Source: an archaeon (GTDB taxonomy: Archaea > Iainarchaeota > Iainarchaeia > Iainarchaeales > JAAZKV01). From it: a DNA stretch of 42,237 bases. Below are positions 25,562 to 34,696 of this stretch, one piece after another. Made by a program: the position numbers and the translations under genes. The stretch is taken from positions 1-42,237 of the forward strand of contig JAVHOV010000002.1 in the NCBI GenBank assembly GCA_036170245.1, given 5' to 3'. The notes under the pieces were generated by a model, which saw only the letters and a list, made by a program, of their open reading frames with translations, ran no database searches and had not been told where the DNA came from. The number at the start of each line of letters is the position of its first letter. Positions within the stretch are counted from its first letter, which is position 1.

Positions 25562-25924
25562 CTATCCAACTATTATCAAGTCACTTGCTTTTATTTTGTC
25601 TGCTTTCAAAGCAAAGTCTTGTAGTGCAATAAATTCTCCTTTTGCTGCACTTATTTTTTCTTTAGCACTTTCTGAAGCACTAACTGCAACTACAGTTACT
25701 TTTTCAGTTAAGTTCCCTCTTGAAAGTAATTTTCCAGGAACAACCAATGTCTTGCCCTTCTTTGTTTGAGCTAATTCATTGATTAAATCAATATTAACTT
25801 CTATTTTTCCTCTTGTTGGCTTTGCCATTTTTTCAGCCAAATCAGTCCAGATTAACTTCTTTGTTACTCTAGCTGCTTTTTCCAGACTCGCAATGAGTTT
25901 TTTTGTTTCTAGTTTCTTTGCCAT
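25562..25924 (-). CDS. rpl18e: 50S ribosomal protein L18e
   Basis: W.DLAE...KPTR....VN...VVPGKLLS.G...S.SAKEKI; start taken at MAKK. Confidence 0.94.
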   Translation of the reverse strand: MAKKLETKKLIASLEKAARVTKKLIWTDLAEKMAKPTRGKIEVNIDLINELAQTKKGKTLVVPGKLLSRGNLTEKVTVVAVSASESAKEKISAAKGEFIALQDFALKADKIKASDLIIVG

Positions 25925-26035
25925 AATTTCACATCTTTTTAATTTTTTCTTTAAATTCCTATTGACTTTTTGCCTCTGCATTTCATGCATCGGCTTTGCC
26001 CTTTTCTACTGCATGTCTTTTACGCTTAAAAGAAA

Positions 26036-26160
26036 TGCAGGGGAAGCGATTCGAACGCTTGAAGGCACTAAGCCACAGGATTTCATTTCTAAACGCAACT
26101 TATCTAAAATTGTTTTTTAGACCTTAAGTCCTGCCCCTTTGACCGCTCGGGAACCCCTGC
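26036..26160 (-). tRNA. tRNA-Leu(TAA) with 41-nt intron at 37/38 (intron 26082..26122)
   Basis: GCAGGGG/CCCCTGC acceptor, CAGGA-CT-TAA-G|intron|A-TCCTG anticodon arm, long variable arm GGC-TTAGT-GCC, TTCGAAT T loop. Sits between rpoD and L18e, a position known from euryarchaeal operons. Confidence 0.92.
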
Positions 26161-26223
26161 TGAAAATTCCTTTCAACTTTCAATCCCTGATATTTCGGTA
26201 TTTTCACTTTGTGAAAATAATTT

Positions 26224-26970
26224 TTACATTTTCTTTACTGATTCTTCTAACTCATCTAACTTTTCAGTTAGCGCTTTTACTGCTGAATCAAGAACTTCTT
26301 TTGCTGTTAATTGTCCTGTTGTTTCAATAGTCAAAATGAAATCTGTTTCAGAGTAATTAACACTTACTCCGTGTTTTCTTAAAATATCAAGGTGCTGGTT
26401 TTGGTTTGTTAAATTGTAAGGGTCAGTGAAAAATAATTTTCCTGCCTTTAGTTCAACACTGTTTTTTGGCATTTCTTCAACTATTTTCTTTGCATCTTTT
26501 ACAGTGGCATTGTCGATTTCAGACAATTGATTGTATGCAACAATTGCTGGCTGGAATCTTGCGTGCTCTGAACCAATATTCATTACAGCAGTCATTTCTA
26601 GCTTTAATGATTCTTCTTTTCCTAATTTTGTAATCATTATTTTTTTGTCCAATATTTCGATTTTTGGATCAGTGCATTTAATGTCTTTGCTTGTTACAAC
26701 ACAAGGACCAACTTTTTCTAAAACTAATTTTACCTTGTCTCCTTTCTTGTAGGTTGCAACATCTGTCTTAATTGGAAGTAATCCTAGTCTATTTGCAAGT
26801 AATTCATCAAAAGTAACTGAATCGTTGTTGTAGATTTGAACTTCGTCTATCGCAAGGCATGGAACAATAGTCATTACTGTTCTTCTTAGAGTATTAAGGA
26901 AAGTATAGTTAGTGCCTTTGATTAGGAACTTAACCAATCCTTTTTCATTGTAAACCTTTTTGATATCCAT
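26224..26970 (-). CDS. rpoD: DNA-directed RNA polymerase subunit D (Rpo3)
   Basis: NTLRR...VP.LAIDEV..Y.N.S..FDE.LA.RLGL.P, G.EHARFQP, ETTGQL. Confidence 0.96.
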   Translation of the reverse strand: MDIKKVYNEKGLVKFLIKGTNYTFLNTLRRTVMTIVPCLAIDEVQIYNNDSVTFDELLANRLGLLPIKTDVATYKKGDKVKLVLEKVGPCVVTSKDIKCTDPKIEILDKKIMITKLGKEESLKLEMTAVMNIGSEHARFQPAIVAYNQLSEIDNATVKDAKKIVEEMPKNSVELKAGKLFFTDPYNLTNQNQHLDILRKHGVSVNYSETDFILTIETTGQLTAKEVLDSAVKALTEKLDELEESVKKM

Positions 26971-27009
26971 ACAACAACAACCCCTAATTCATTTTTCTTC
27001 TCAATGATT

Positions 27010-27399
27010 TTACTTTTCAACTTTTCCTCTGAACTTCTTCTGTTTTCTGCATCCGTCGTGCGGGTGCGGTGTAACATTTTCAATTGAAACAATCCTTAGT
27101 CCGTTTCTTGTTAGTGATCTTATTGCAGCTTCTGCTCCAGTTCCTGCTGAAGGGCTTTTGTTTCCGCCTCTTCCTCTTACTTTAACATAAATTTCTTTTA
27201 TTCCTTTTTCTCTTGCAGCGTTTGCAATATTTTCAGCTAATTTCATTGCAACATATGGAGAGCCTTCTTTGTGCTGGGCTTTTGTTTCCATTCCGCCTGT
27301 TGCTTTTGAAATTGTTTCAGCACCAGTCATATCAGTGAGTAGCAACATTGTATTGTTGTGTGTTGCAAACACGTGAACTATTCCTCTTGTTTCAGCCAT
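27010..27399 (-). CDS. rps11: 30S ribosomal protein S11
   Basis: HVFATHNNT...TD.TGAET...TGG...SPY.AM...IENVTP.PHDG. Confidence 0.96.
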   Translation of the reverse strand: MAETRGIVHVFATHNNTMLLLTDMTGAETISKATGGMETKAQHKEGSPYVAMKLAENIANAAREKGIKEIYVKVRGRGGNKSPSAGTGAEAAIRSLTRNGLRIVSIENVTPHPHDGCRKQKKFRGKVEK

Positions 27400-27413
27400 T
27401 TTATATCACCTAT

Positions 27414-28022
27414 TTATTGTGCTCCTTCACTTTCTTTCAAGCTTTCAGTTGGCTTTGCTTCATTAAATTCTTTCTTAAGTTCAGCTTGTGCTTCATCCAC
27501 TTTTGCTTTTCCTTTCTTAGATGGAGCTTTCTTTTGTTCGTACATTATTTCGTCGCCGTACCAAGTAATTTTATTGTCTTCACTTGCAAGAACCAAGTAA
27601 CTTGGCTTGTCAAGCTTTTTTCCGTCAACTGCAATGTGTCCATGTACTATGAATTGTCTTGCTTGTTTAGGAGTGTTGCTCAGCCCTTTTCTCCAAACAA
27701 CAGTTTGAAGTCTTCTTTCAAGCAATGCTTCGGTTGTTAGTACCAAAACATCTTCAAGAGTTGGTGAACCGTTTAATACACCGATTAATTTCAGTGAATC
27801 AAGCAATTCTTTTTCTCTTTTTAATCTGTTTTCAAGTGATAAAGCAAGTAACTTTCTTGCAGTTCCTCTTTTTGATCTTACAATTGTTTCAGCTCTGAAT
27901 AATTCTCTTTTATTCTTCAAGCCGTAAGTTTTCTTAAGGTCTCTTTCCTTTTCTATTCTTTCTTTCTGAAAAGACTTTCTAGGTCTTTGGAACTGCTTTC
28001 TTTTCTTTTTTGGGTCACCCAT
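27414..28022 (-). CDS. rps4: 30S ribosomal protein S4
   Basis: [41 protein letters not shown]. Confidence 0.97.
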   Translation of the reverse strand: MGDPKKKRKQFQRPRKSFQKERIEKERDLKKTYGLKNKRELFRAETIVRSKRGTARKLLALSLENRLKREKELLDSLKLIGVLNGSPTLEDVLVLTTEALLERRLQTVVWRKGLSNTPKQARQFIVHGHIAVDGKKLDKPSYLVLASEDNKITWYGDEIMYEQKKAPSKKGKAKVDEAQAELKKEFNEAKPTESLKESEGAQ

Positions 28023-28055
28023 GTTCATCACTCACGTAAATTTCCATCCATTATT

Positions 28056-28565
28056 TTATTTCTTAGCAGCATCCTTTTTTGCAGGAGCTGGTTTTCCTTT
28101 TTCTACTACTGCCTTAACTACACTAACAATACCGCCTTTTCCTCTGTGCTTACTCTTAGTTTTCTGTCCTCTAACTGTTAATCCCCACATATGTCTTAGA
28201 CCTTTGTAGGATTTTATTTCAGCGAGTCTAGTCAAATCATTTCTAAGGGAGAATGCTAAATCGTTCATTGTCAAGTGTTTGTCATTGCCGTCTTCAAAAT
28301 CTCTTTGCTTGTTTAAAGTCCAAGCAGGAAGTTTGTGTTTTTGAGGAGCCATGATTACTTCTTCAAGTTTCTTAACTTCAGCTTCAGTAAGTTCACCAAG
28401 TAATTTCTCTTTTGCAACCTTATTTTCTTTTCGAAATTCATTTGCAATTATTCCGCCCATTCTTTGTCCAATCCCTTTGATTCCCTGTAAAGCAAGATCT
28501 ATGCTTTTTGTACCGTCAAGGTCTTTTCCGATTACACGTACTATATAGTTAAATTCTGCTGTCAT
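28056..28565 (-). CDS. rps13: 30S ribosomal protein S13
   Basis: IVRV.GKDLDG, IKGIG, SYKGLRH..GL.VRGQKT. Confidence 0.97.
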   Translation of the reverse strand: MTAEFNYIVRVIGKDLDGTKSIDLALQGIKGIGQRMGGIIANEFRKENKVAKEKLLGELTEAEVKKLEEVIMAPQKHKLPAWTLNKQRDFEDGNDKHLTMNDLAFSLRNDLTRLAEIKSYKGLRHMWGLTVRGQKTKSKHRGKGGIVSVVKAVVEKGKPAPAKKDAAKK

Positions 28566-28610
28566 ACCATCCACTCTCAAAAATAATTCTATTAACTTAC
28601 CTTTTTACCT

Positions 28611-28784
28611 TTATTGTTTCTTTCCTTTCTTTCCTAAAGGAAACAAATGTAAAACGTTACATTCTCTTGCTTTTACTTTTTCGCCTTCAACAAGAACTCT
28701 TCCGTTCTTTGGTTTACTCTTAATAGTAACTCTTCTTCCAGCTTCTCTTCCTCTTGTCTTTATTGCTATGTCTCCAATTTCCAT
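28611..28784 (-). CDS. rpl14e: 50S ribosomal protein L14e (short)
   Basis: EIG....KT.GREAGR...VLVEG..VK.R.CN..HL.P; KOW-like; start uncertain. Confidence 0.88.
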   Translation of the reverse strand: MEIGDIAIKTRGREAGRRVTIKSKPKNGRVLVEGEKVKARECNVLHLFPLGKKGKKQ

Positions 28785-28803
28785 TCCCATCAACTCTTAA
28801 AAT

Positions 28804-29139
28804 TTATTCAGCTCTCTTTAGTACTTGCTTAACATATTTTCTGTACTTTGAATCAACATCATCAAGTTCTTTTATTCCTGCAACTACTTTTCCAAGTTCA
28901 ATGAATACTTTTTCTCTAGCTTCTCCAGAAAGTATTCCGCCAAATGGTACTGATGGTCTCTTTTCAGTTTTACTTTTTTTACCCATTCCGCATTTAGTCT
29001 CGTTTGGAACTCCTGCAAGTTTTTTTCCAGTTATAGCACATTCAGTTATTGATTTCTTTTCAGAGTATCTTTCTGCTTTTGAACCGCTTGCACTCTTTCT
29101 GAATTTCTTTTTCAATCTTCTTTGCCATGGAGCAACCAT
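28804..29139 (-). CDS. rpl34e: 50S ribosomal protein L34e
   Basis: CAITGKKLAGVP...KSKTEKRPSVPFGG.L; most zinc Cys residues lost. Confidence 0.9.
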   Translation of the reverse strand: MVAPWQRRLKKKFRKSASGSKAERYSEKKSITECAITGKKLAGVPNETKCGMGKKSKTEKRPSVPFGGILSGEAREKVFIELGKVVAGIKELDDVDSKYRKYVKQVLKRAE

Positions 29140-29142
29140 TTT

Positions 29143-29649
29143 TCATTCACCTTTTTTATTTTTTAATTTAAAATAATCATAACCTTTTTCTACTAATCCC
29201 ATTAACATTGCGGCTCCAAAATAATAAAAGAAAAATGCTTTGTAATATCCAGTTTGCATTGTCAAACCAACTGGCACCCAACTTGCTGGATTTAAAATAT
29301 TAAATCCAATAAACTTTGGAAGTGCTATGAATGATTCAATCAATTGTCCACCGTAAAGCGTTGATAGAAACCAAAAAACTGCTAAAAATGCAGGAGCTGT
29401 GAACAAACTTAATTTCATATTTTTGTTCATCATTTCTGTGCTATTTCTTAACATTTTTGTTTGAATTTCTTCAATTTTACTTTTATTTTTCTCAGCCTCC
29501 TTCATCAATTCTTTTAATGTAACTTGCATTTCTTTTGCTTCATCTTGAAATCTTTTCATTTCTTTTTTATCAACTAATTTTCTTTGTAACACTTTTGTTA
29601 CTGCTGCTAGCACTATTGTCGTTGCCAGTATTACTATTGCAGGTTCCAA
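29143..29649 (-). CDS. DUF106 / EMC3-TMCO1 (Oxa1 superfamily) membrane protein
   Basis: TM1, coiled coil, TM2, TM3 layout; 'LVDKKEMKRFQ...MK'; conserved position between secY and L34e. Confidence 0.85.
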   Translation of the reverse strand: MEPAIVILATTIVLAAVTKVLQRKLVDKKEMKRFQDEAKEMQVTLKELMKEAEKNKSKIEEIQTKMLRNSTEMMNKNMKLSLFTAPAFLAVFWFLSTLYGGQLIESFIALPKFIGFNILNPASWVPVGLTMQTGYYKAFFFYYFGAAMLMGLVEKGYDYFKLKNKKGE

Positions 29650-29783
29650 AATATTACACCTATTTTTTACTCACCAGTTATAACAATTTTCTTAAAGAGA
29701 ACCTTTTAAAAGCTACCCAAATTGAATAACAAATAAATTTCTCTTTAAATAAATATCATTTAATTTATCGTACATTGCCTCAT

Positions 29784-31187
29784 TTATGCCATTTTACCCA
29801 TTAACTTTGACAATGCTTCTTGTTGTGTTTTTGCGATTTCTTCGTAGAATCTATATACAATTCCAACTGTTAGTAAAATTCCTGTTCCGCTTGTTACTCC
29901 AGCCAGAACTAAATCTCCGCATCCCGCTAGAAGTGCAACAAATATTGATCCTAAAATTGTAATTGGAGGAATGTATCTTTCCAAAACTTTTTCTATTACT
30001 CTTCTGTCTCTTCTAAATCCTGGTATTTGCATTCCACTTCTTTCAAGCTGTGCTGCAACTGCGCTAGTACTTTGGTTACCCATTTGTACCCAGAACCATC
30101 CGAATACTACACATGCTATTATTAGCATTAATAAAAATACAATTGCTTGTGCTATTGCAAGCATTGTTACGCTTGTTAAGCCCTGATTAAATAATCCAGT
30201 TACTAAACTTTGCCCGCCAATATATGGAACAGTTACTGCCCAAGATATTGCTTTTGCTATTTCAGTAAGAACAGGAATTTTTGCCTGTTCAATAAATAAT
30301 GCAAACAGTCTTATGTTCATGAATAATGCCATTGCAAGTATTACTGGCATGTTACTAACATACAAAAATTTTACTGGGTATCGTCCGCCCATTCCTGACT
30401 GGCCCAGAGTAATTGGAATATTAACATGCATTCCTTCTGCGAATACTACTACTAAGAAAATTATTAGTACTCCTAGAATTGGTAAAAGTAATGTTAAGTC
30501 TCCTAAGGTAAATACTTTCCATAGTATTCCCCCCTGAAGTAAGTAAGTGTTTACTGCTGAATCAATTGGAGGCATAAATATTTGCCAGAATAATCCACCT
30601 GCAACCCCAGCTGCAATAAATAAACTTACCCCTGAACCGATTCCGTATTTTGAAACGATTTCATCAAGGTATAATAAAATTAATGATCCTGCTGCAATTT
30701 GTAGTGTTACAAAAAGAGTCATTGGGTTAAATATGCTTGCTCCGCCAAGAGGCATTAGCATTCCACTCCCAACATAAATGAATCCTTCAACAAAGCATAA
30801 TACTACTGCAAGTACTTTTTGCAGAGCTTGGAATTTTGATTTTCCTTCAGGAGTACCTAAATCAAATTGTAGAATTTGTGCTCCCATGAATAATTGCAAG
30901 AAGATTGATGCCATTACTATTGGACCGATTCCTGCTGTAATTATTTTTCCCATTTCCCCAGCTAAAAGAGTTTGTGCAAATAATATTTCCTGAACTTGTC
31001 TAATACTAGTATCAAGTCCAACTAAACTAATGTTAGCTAAAATAAAGAATATAACTAGTGCTAAAAGAGTCCAAAGCATTTTTTCTTTGAATGGAACTTC
31101 TTTTACAGGCTTTTTAATTTCAGGTAAATATTGGGAAAACCCAATTAGTGTATCAACTATTGCTCCCAACAAACCCACCCTTTTCAA
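29784..31187 (-). CDS. secY: Preprotein translocase subunit SecY
   Basis: GIGPIVMASI.LQL, LDEIVSKYGIGSGVSLFIAAGV, YPVKFLYVSNMP, QIPGFRRD; exact start uncertain. Confidence 0.97.
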   Translation of the reverse strand: MKRVGLLGAIVDTLIGFSQYLPEIKKPVKEVPFKEKMLWTLLALVIFFILANISLVGLDTSIRQVQEILFAQTLLAGEMGKIITAGIGPIVMASIFLQLFMGAQILQFDLGTPEGKSKFQALQKVLAVVLCFVEGFIYVGSGMLMPLGGASIFNPMTLFVTLQIAAGSLILLYLDEIVSKYGIGSGVSLFIAAGVAGGLFWQIFMPPIDSAVNTYLLQGGILWKVFTLGDLTLLLPILGVLIIFLVVVFAEGMHVNIPITLGQSGMGGRYPVKFLYVSNMPVILAMALFMNIRLFALFIEQAKIPVLTEIAKAISWAVTVPYIGGQSLVTGLFNQGLTSVTMLAIAQAIVFLLMLIIACVVFGWFWVQMGNQSTSAVAAQLERSGMQIPGFRRDRRVIEKVLERYIPPITILGSIFVALLAGCGDLVLAGVTSGTGILLTVGIVYRFYEEIAKTQQEALSKLMGKMA

Positions 31188-31318
31188 TTCAATTTTTTAT
31201 CTTTTAAAAATAAAATCCTAAAAGAAACTTTTCATCTCTTTTAGGTTCTTTAATCAAATTCATTTTTTCATATTTATAATGGCTCAAGCCCCCCTCGTTA
31301 AAGGGCTTTAGTAAATCT

Positions 31319-31828
31319 TTATTCTTTGGCTCCTTCTTCGCTTTCGAATTCTAAATCTTCGTCTGCTTCGTCTCCAGAGAACTTAATATCTTCTTCAACT
31401 TTTACGCCTTTCTTTGCAAAGCCAAATTTTCCGCCAGCTGCAAGTATTTTCTTTACTGCGCCGCTAGCTGCATTTATTTTCAAAACAATTTTGTGATTCA
31501 CTTCTCCTTGTGAGAGAACTTTTGCAAATCCACTTGTTTTGTCAATAATATATTTTTCGCCTTCTTTCTTTGCAAGTCCTTTTGCAACAAATATATCAAG
31601 TTTTGCGTTTAAATCGCCAAGTTTTATTGCTTTTCCTTTAACTGACATTGTTTTTTGTCTGTATAAAGTTGGTTTAAATCTTCCTTGAGAACAAAATTTA
31701 CCTTTGTTAGTGTTAGCTCTTCCTCTTCCACCTCGGCATCCAGCTCCTCTTCTATTTTTAGTGTTACCTGCACCCATTGTTCGCTGTCCTCTTAATTTGT
31801 TCTTTTTTCTTCTTTTTCGGTCAGTCAT
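31319..31828 (-). CDS. rpl15: 50S ribosomal protein L15 (acidic C-terminal tail)
   Basis: KLRG.RT.G.G..KNRRGAG.RGGRG.A; KVLS.G; A..KI..AGG. Confidence 0.95.
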   Translation of the reverse strand: MTDRKRRKKNKLRGQRTMGAGNTKNRRGAGCRGGRGRANTNKGKFCSQGRFKPTLYRQKTMSVKGKAIKLGDLNAKLDIFVAKGLAKKEGEKYIIDKTSGFAKVLSQGEVNHKIVLKINAASGAVKKILAAGGKFGFAKKGVKVEEDIKFSGDEADEDLEFESEEGAKE

Positions 31829-31872
31829 AAAATTCACTTCCATTTTGCAGATTCTTTAATTTTTCATTAAAT

Positions 31873-32301
31873 TTAAATCATTCTCATTATTATTTCATTA
31901 ATTTTTTCTTTTCTGTCTCCAAGTGCTCCACCAACAGTGTATGCTACTTTGATTCCTTTTCTTTCAAATCCTTTTCTTGGAGGACTCATTGTGAAGCAGT
32001 TCTTTACTCCTGCTTGTTTTAATGTTTTTCCAGCTTTCAAATCAGCTAAAACTTTTTTAGTGTCAAGTTTTTCTTCGCTTTTGATTGGTCTAGCTTTTGC
32101 TTCAATTAAAACTTTTAATGTTTCTTCATTTACTTTTCCAAATGTAGTGTAATCCTTTACAACTTTAATCATTTTTAAAGTCTGAGGAGTTTCAGCCCAA
32201 AGGCTTAGGTTATTTGCTCTTCTTAAGTTCATTACTTCCAAAGCTGTTTCGATTTTTGGAGCAATATTTACTGTTCCTCGGATTCTTATTACTGCATACA
32301 T
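31873..32301 (-). CDS. rpl30: 50S ribosomal protein L30 (archaeal long form)
   Basis: YAVIRIRG...L.R.N...PPRKGF...GGALG.R...IN..I.RM. Confidence 0.96.
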   Translation of the reverse strand: MYAVIRIRGTVNIAPKIETALEVMNLRRANNLSLWAETPQTLKMIKVVKDYTTFGKVNEETLKVLIEAKARPIKSEEKLDTKKVLADLKAGKTLKQAGVKNCFTMSPPRKGFERKGIKVAYTVGGALGDRKEKINEIIMRMI

Positions 32302-32340
32302 TTTGTCTCACTCTCAAAATTTAACTTTTCAACTATTTAA

Positions 32341-33099
32341 TTACATGTGTCCCTTTGACATTTTTCTTTCAACATCTCTTGATGCTTTCATTTTTCCTGT
32401 TTGTGATAGTGCATCAATTGCTGCTTGTACAAAGTTCAATGAAATTGTTGATCTTCCTTTTGTTTGTCCCCAAACATTTCTTAGTCCAGCAAGTTCCATT
32501 ACTGGTCTTATTGCTTTACCAACAGCAAGTCCAGTTCCTTTTGGTGCAGGTAGTAATACTACTCTTACACTTCCAGCTTTTCCTTCAACTTGGAATGGAA
32601 CAGAGTGCTTATCTTCAGTTGCTTGTTCTTCCCAAGAACCGCTTCCTCTGTAAACTCTAATTAAATTTAATTTAGCCATTCTTTTAGCTTTGTTTATTGC
32701 AGGGAATCTGTCAGCATCCTTTGCTGAGCCAACTCCAATATACCCGTCTTTGTTTCCTAATAACACATCTGCTCTGTAAGAGTATTTTCTTCCAGCTCTT
32801 GTTACTCTTGTTGTTCTTGCAACCTGTATTAAGTGTTCGTCAAGTCTCATTAATGAATCAATTATTTCTGGTTCCATTATCTTGTAACCCTTATCGTAAA
32901 TTTCATCAAGAGTAGTAATTTTTCCTGCTTTAACTATTTTACCAAGTTCAGTCTTTGGAGTCCAGTTAGCAATTACATTTTGTCTTTCAACAAGTTCTCT
33001 TTCAATCTTTTCAATTTCAGTTTCTTCAACTCTTCCTCTTCTTCCGCCTCGGCCTGTCTTTCCAGCTTTCTTTCCGTGTGCTTCATCCCGTCTATTCAT
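32341..33099 (-). CDS. rps5: 30S ribosomal protein S5
   Basis: WTPKT.LG..VK.G.I, EPEIID, RGSGSWE, PAPKGTGL. Confidence 0.96.
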   Translation of the reverse strand: MNRRDEAHGKKAGKTGRGGRRGRVEETEIEKIERELVERQNVIANWTPKTELGKIVKAGKITTLDEIYDKGYKIMEPEIIDSLMRLDEHLIQVARTTRVTRAGRKYSYRADVLLGNKDGYIGVGSAKDADRFPAINKAKRMAKLNLIRVYRGSGSWEEQATEDKHSVPFQVEGKAGSVRVVLLPAPKGTGLAVGKAIRPVMELAGLRNVWGQTKGRSTISLNFVQAAIDALSQTGKMKASRDVERKMSKGHM

Positions 33100-33662
33100 G
33101 CTTTCACCTTTGCAATTTCTGCTTTAGCTTTTTCAAATGCTTTATTGAATTCGCCAGGAGTTATTCCTTCTTTAATATAATTACTGAAAACTGTTTTTGC
33201 CTTGTCTCCAAGTTTCTTTGCGTATTCATCAAGTGTTTTTGCATTTAATCTATCAGCACTTGGTACTGCAGTTTCACTGAATGGGATAATAAGTCCTCCT
33301 TCAGCTGCTCCTTTTACTGTAGCAAATACTACGCTTCCGTGACTTGGGTGTCTTCTTCCAATATCAAGAACACATTTTTGTCCGGCTAATTTCTTTCCAA
33401 TTAAAAATCCAACTAAGTAAGCACTTGGAGTGTTGTTTGTTCCGTACCATTTGTATGCTTTTAAATCGTTTGAATCAACTGTTGCAAGTGTAGTATCACC
33501 CTTCAAGTCAAATTTAATAACTTGTGCAAGGATTCTCTTGTTTGATTTTCTAACAACTAATCTTGGAGTCTTTGATCTAACTAAAGCTAATCTTTTAGTG
33601 TAATCTGTTTTTCCTTCTCTTCTTCTTCTGAAAAGTGTTTTGTATGTTACATTAGTAGCCAT
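33096..33662 (-). CDS. rpl18: 50S ribosomal protein L18
   Basis: FRRRREGKTDY.KRL.L, PRLVVRKSN, NTPSAYL.G, LDIG. Confidence 0.97.
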   Translation of the reverse strand: MATNVTYKTLFRRRREGKTDYTKRLALVRSKTPRLVVRKSNKRILAQVIKFDLKGDTTLATVDSNDLKAYKWYGTNNTPSAYLVGFLIGKKLAGQKCVLDIGRRHPSHGSVVFATVKGAAEGGLIIPFSETAVPSADRLNAKTLDEYAKKLGDKAKTVFSNYIKEGITPGEFNKAFEKAKAEIAKVKA

Positions 33663-34114
33663 TAGTTTTTCGCCCCTTCTACGTATTCAACTAAGTGTCT
33701 CTTTCCTCTGAAATATCCACCTTTAATTCTTTTATAAACTTTCGAATAATTAAGTTTCTCTACTTCAGTAGGATTACTTGTTTTTAATTCTCTAAGTGTC
33801 CTTCTCTGTGATCGTACTCTATTCATCCATCTGCTTTTTTGTTCAGATCTAACTTTTCTTGTAGCACTTCTGTTTCCTTTTCCTCTGTTTCTTCCTTTTG
33901 CTCTTGCTGCTTGAGTCGCGTGTGCTCTTCCTCTACTTTGAGAAACTTGTGGTCTTTTTTTCACTATTCTATCAGCAATTAAAGTTCTAACATCATCTTT
34001 GGTCATAGCTTCGCTTACTTTTGCGATCTGAGCAGGATCAACGTAAATTCTTCCGAGTCCCACTTTTAGTATTCCTGCTGCAAGTTGTTTTGCTTTTCCT
34101 GGTTCCATTTTCAT
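33662..34114 (-). CDS. rpl19e: 50S ribosomal protein L19e
   Basis: LAA.ILKVG..RI..DP, SRGRA, KGR.RG.G.R, WM.R.R..R, Y...KGG.F. Confidence 0.96.
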   Translation of the reverse strand: MKMEPGKAKQLAAGILKVGLGRIYVDPAQIAKVSEAMTKDDVRTLIADRIVKKRPQVSQSRGRAHATQAARAKGRNRGKGNRSATRKVRSEQKSRWMNRVRSQRRTLRELKTSNPTEVEKLNYSKVYKRIKGGYFRGKRHLVEYVEGAKN

Positions 34115-34145
34115 TCACCTAAAAATTTCATTATCTAAAAACTTA

Positions 34146-34664
34146 TTAATTTAAAACCCAAATTCCTTTTTTATTTGCTTCTGTTACTAATTCATTTCTT
34201 TTTCTCTTTCCTATAGTTGCCCCAATTCTTGCTGCTTGAGTTTTAGAATCAATTTTAGCAAGATCATTCATATTGCAAACTAAAACTTCTTTATATCCGC
34301 TAGGGTGTACAAATCTTATTTCAGGTATACTTCTGTATCCGATTCTTGGCTGTCTACCATGATTTATTCCTTTATCAAGATCAATTCCGTGTGGCAATCT
34401 CCACTTATCCCATTTTGCGATTGACTTTCTTCTAATATTCTTTTTACCAAATCTTCCTCTGAAAACTGGGTGATGTTTCTTTAAAGATAATTTTTTCATT
34501 AAAGTAACTGCTTCAATACTTTTTTTCTTGTTTTCTTTTTTAACGTAAGGAATATATTTTTTAGCATAAGTCTTTTTAGCTTCTACTTTAGGAGCAGCAG
34601 GTGCAGTGTGTTCTGTTTTTACACTAGCTTCTTTTGTTTCCTTTGCTTTTGATTTTTCTGCCAT
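34146..34664 (-). CDS. rpl32e: 50S ribosomal protein L32e (N-terminally extended)
   Basis: WR.P.GID...P.IGYRS...R..HPSGY.EVLV.N..DL...RI..TIG.RKR...VLN. Confidence 0.94.
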   Translation of the reverse strand: MAEKSKAKETKEASVKTEHTAPAAPKVEAKKTYAKKYIPYVKKENKKKSIEAVTLMKKLSLKKHHPVFRGRFGKKNIRRKSIAKWDKWRLPHGIDLDKGINHGRQPRIGYRSIPEIRFVHPSGYKEVLVCNMNDLAKIDSKTQAARIGATIGKRKRNELVTEANKKGIWVLN

Positions 34665-34696
34665 TTTTCATCAACCCATTTTTCATTTTTTTATAT

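Noticed and set aside
25925..26035. Apparent 22-aa N-terminal extension of L18e and small hairpin TCTTTTA-cgct-TAAAAGA next to the tRNA-Leu 3' end
   Set aside because: An ATG at 25924 with an upstream GTGA motif gives normal L18e length; the hairpin is short, AT-rich and best treated as tRNA trailer structure.
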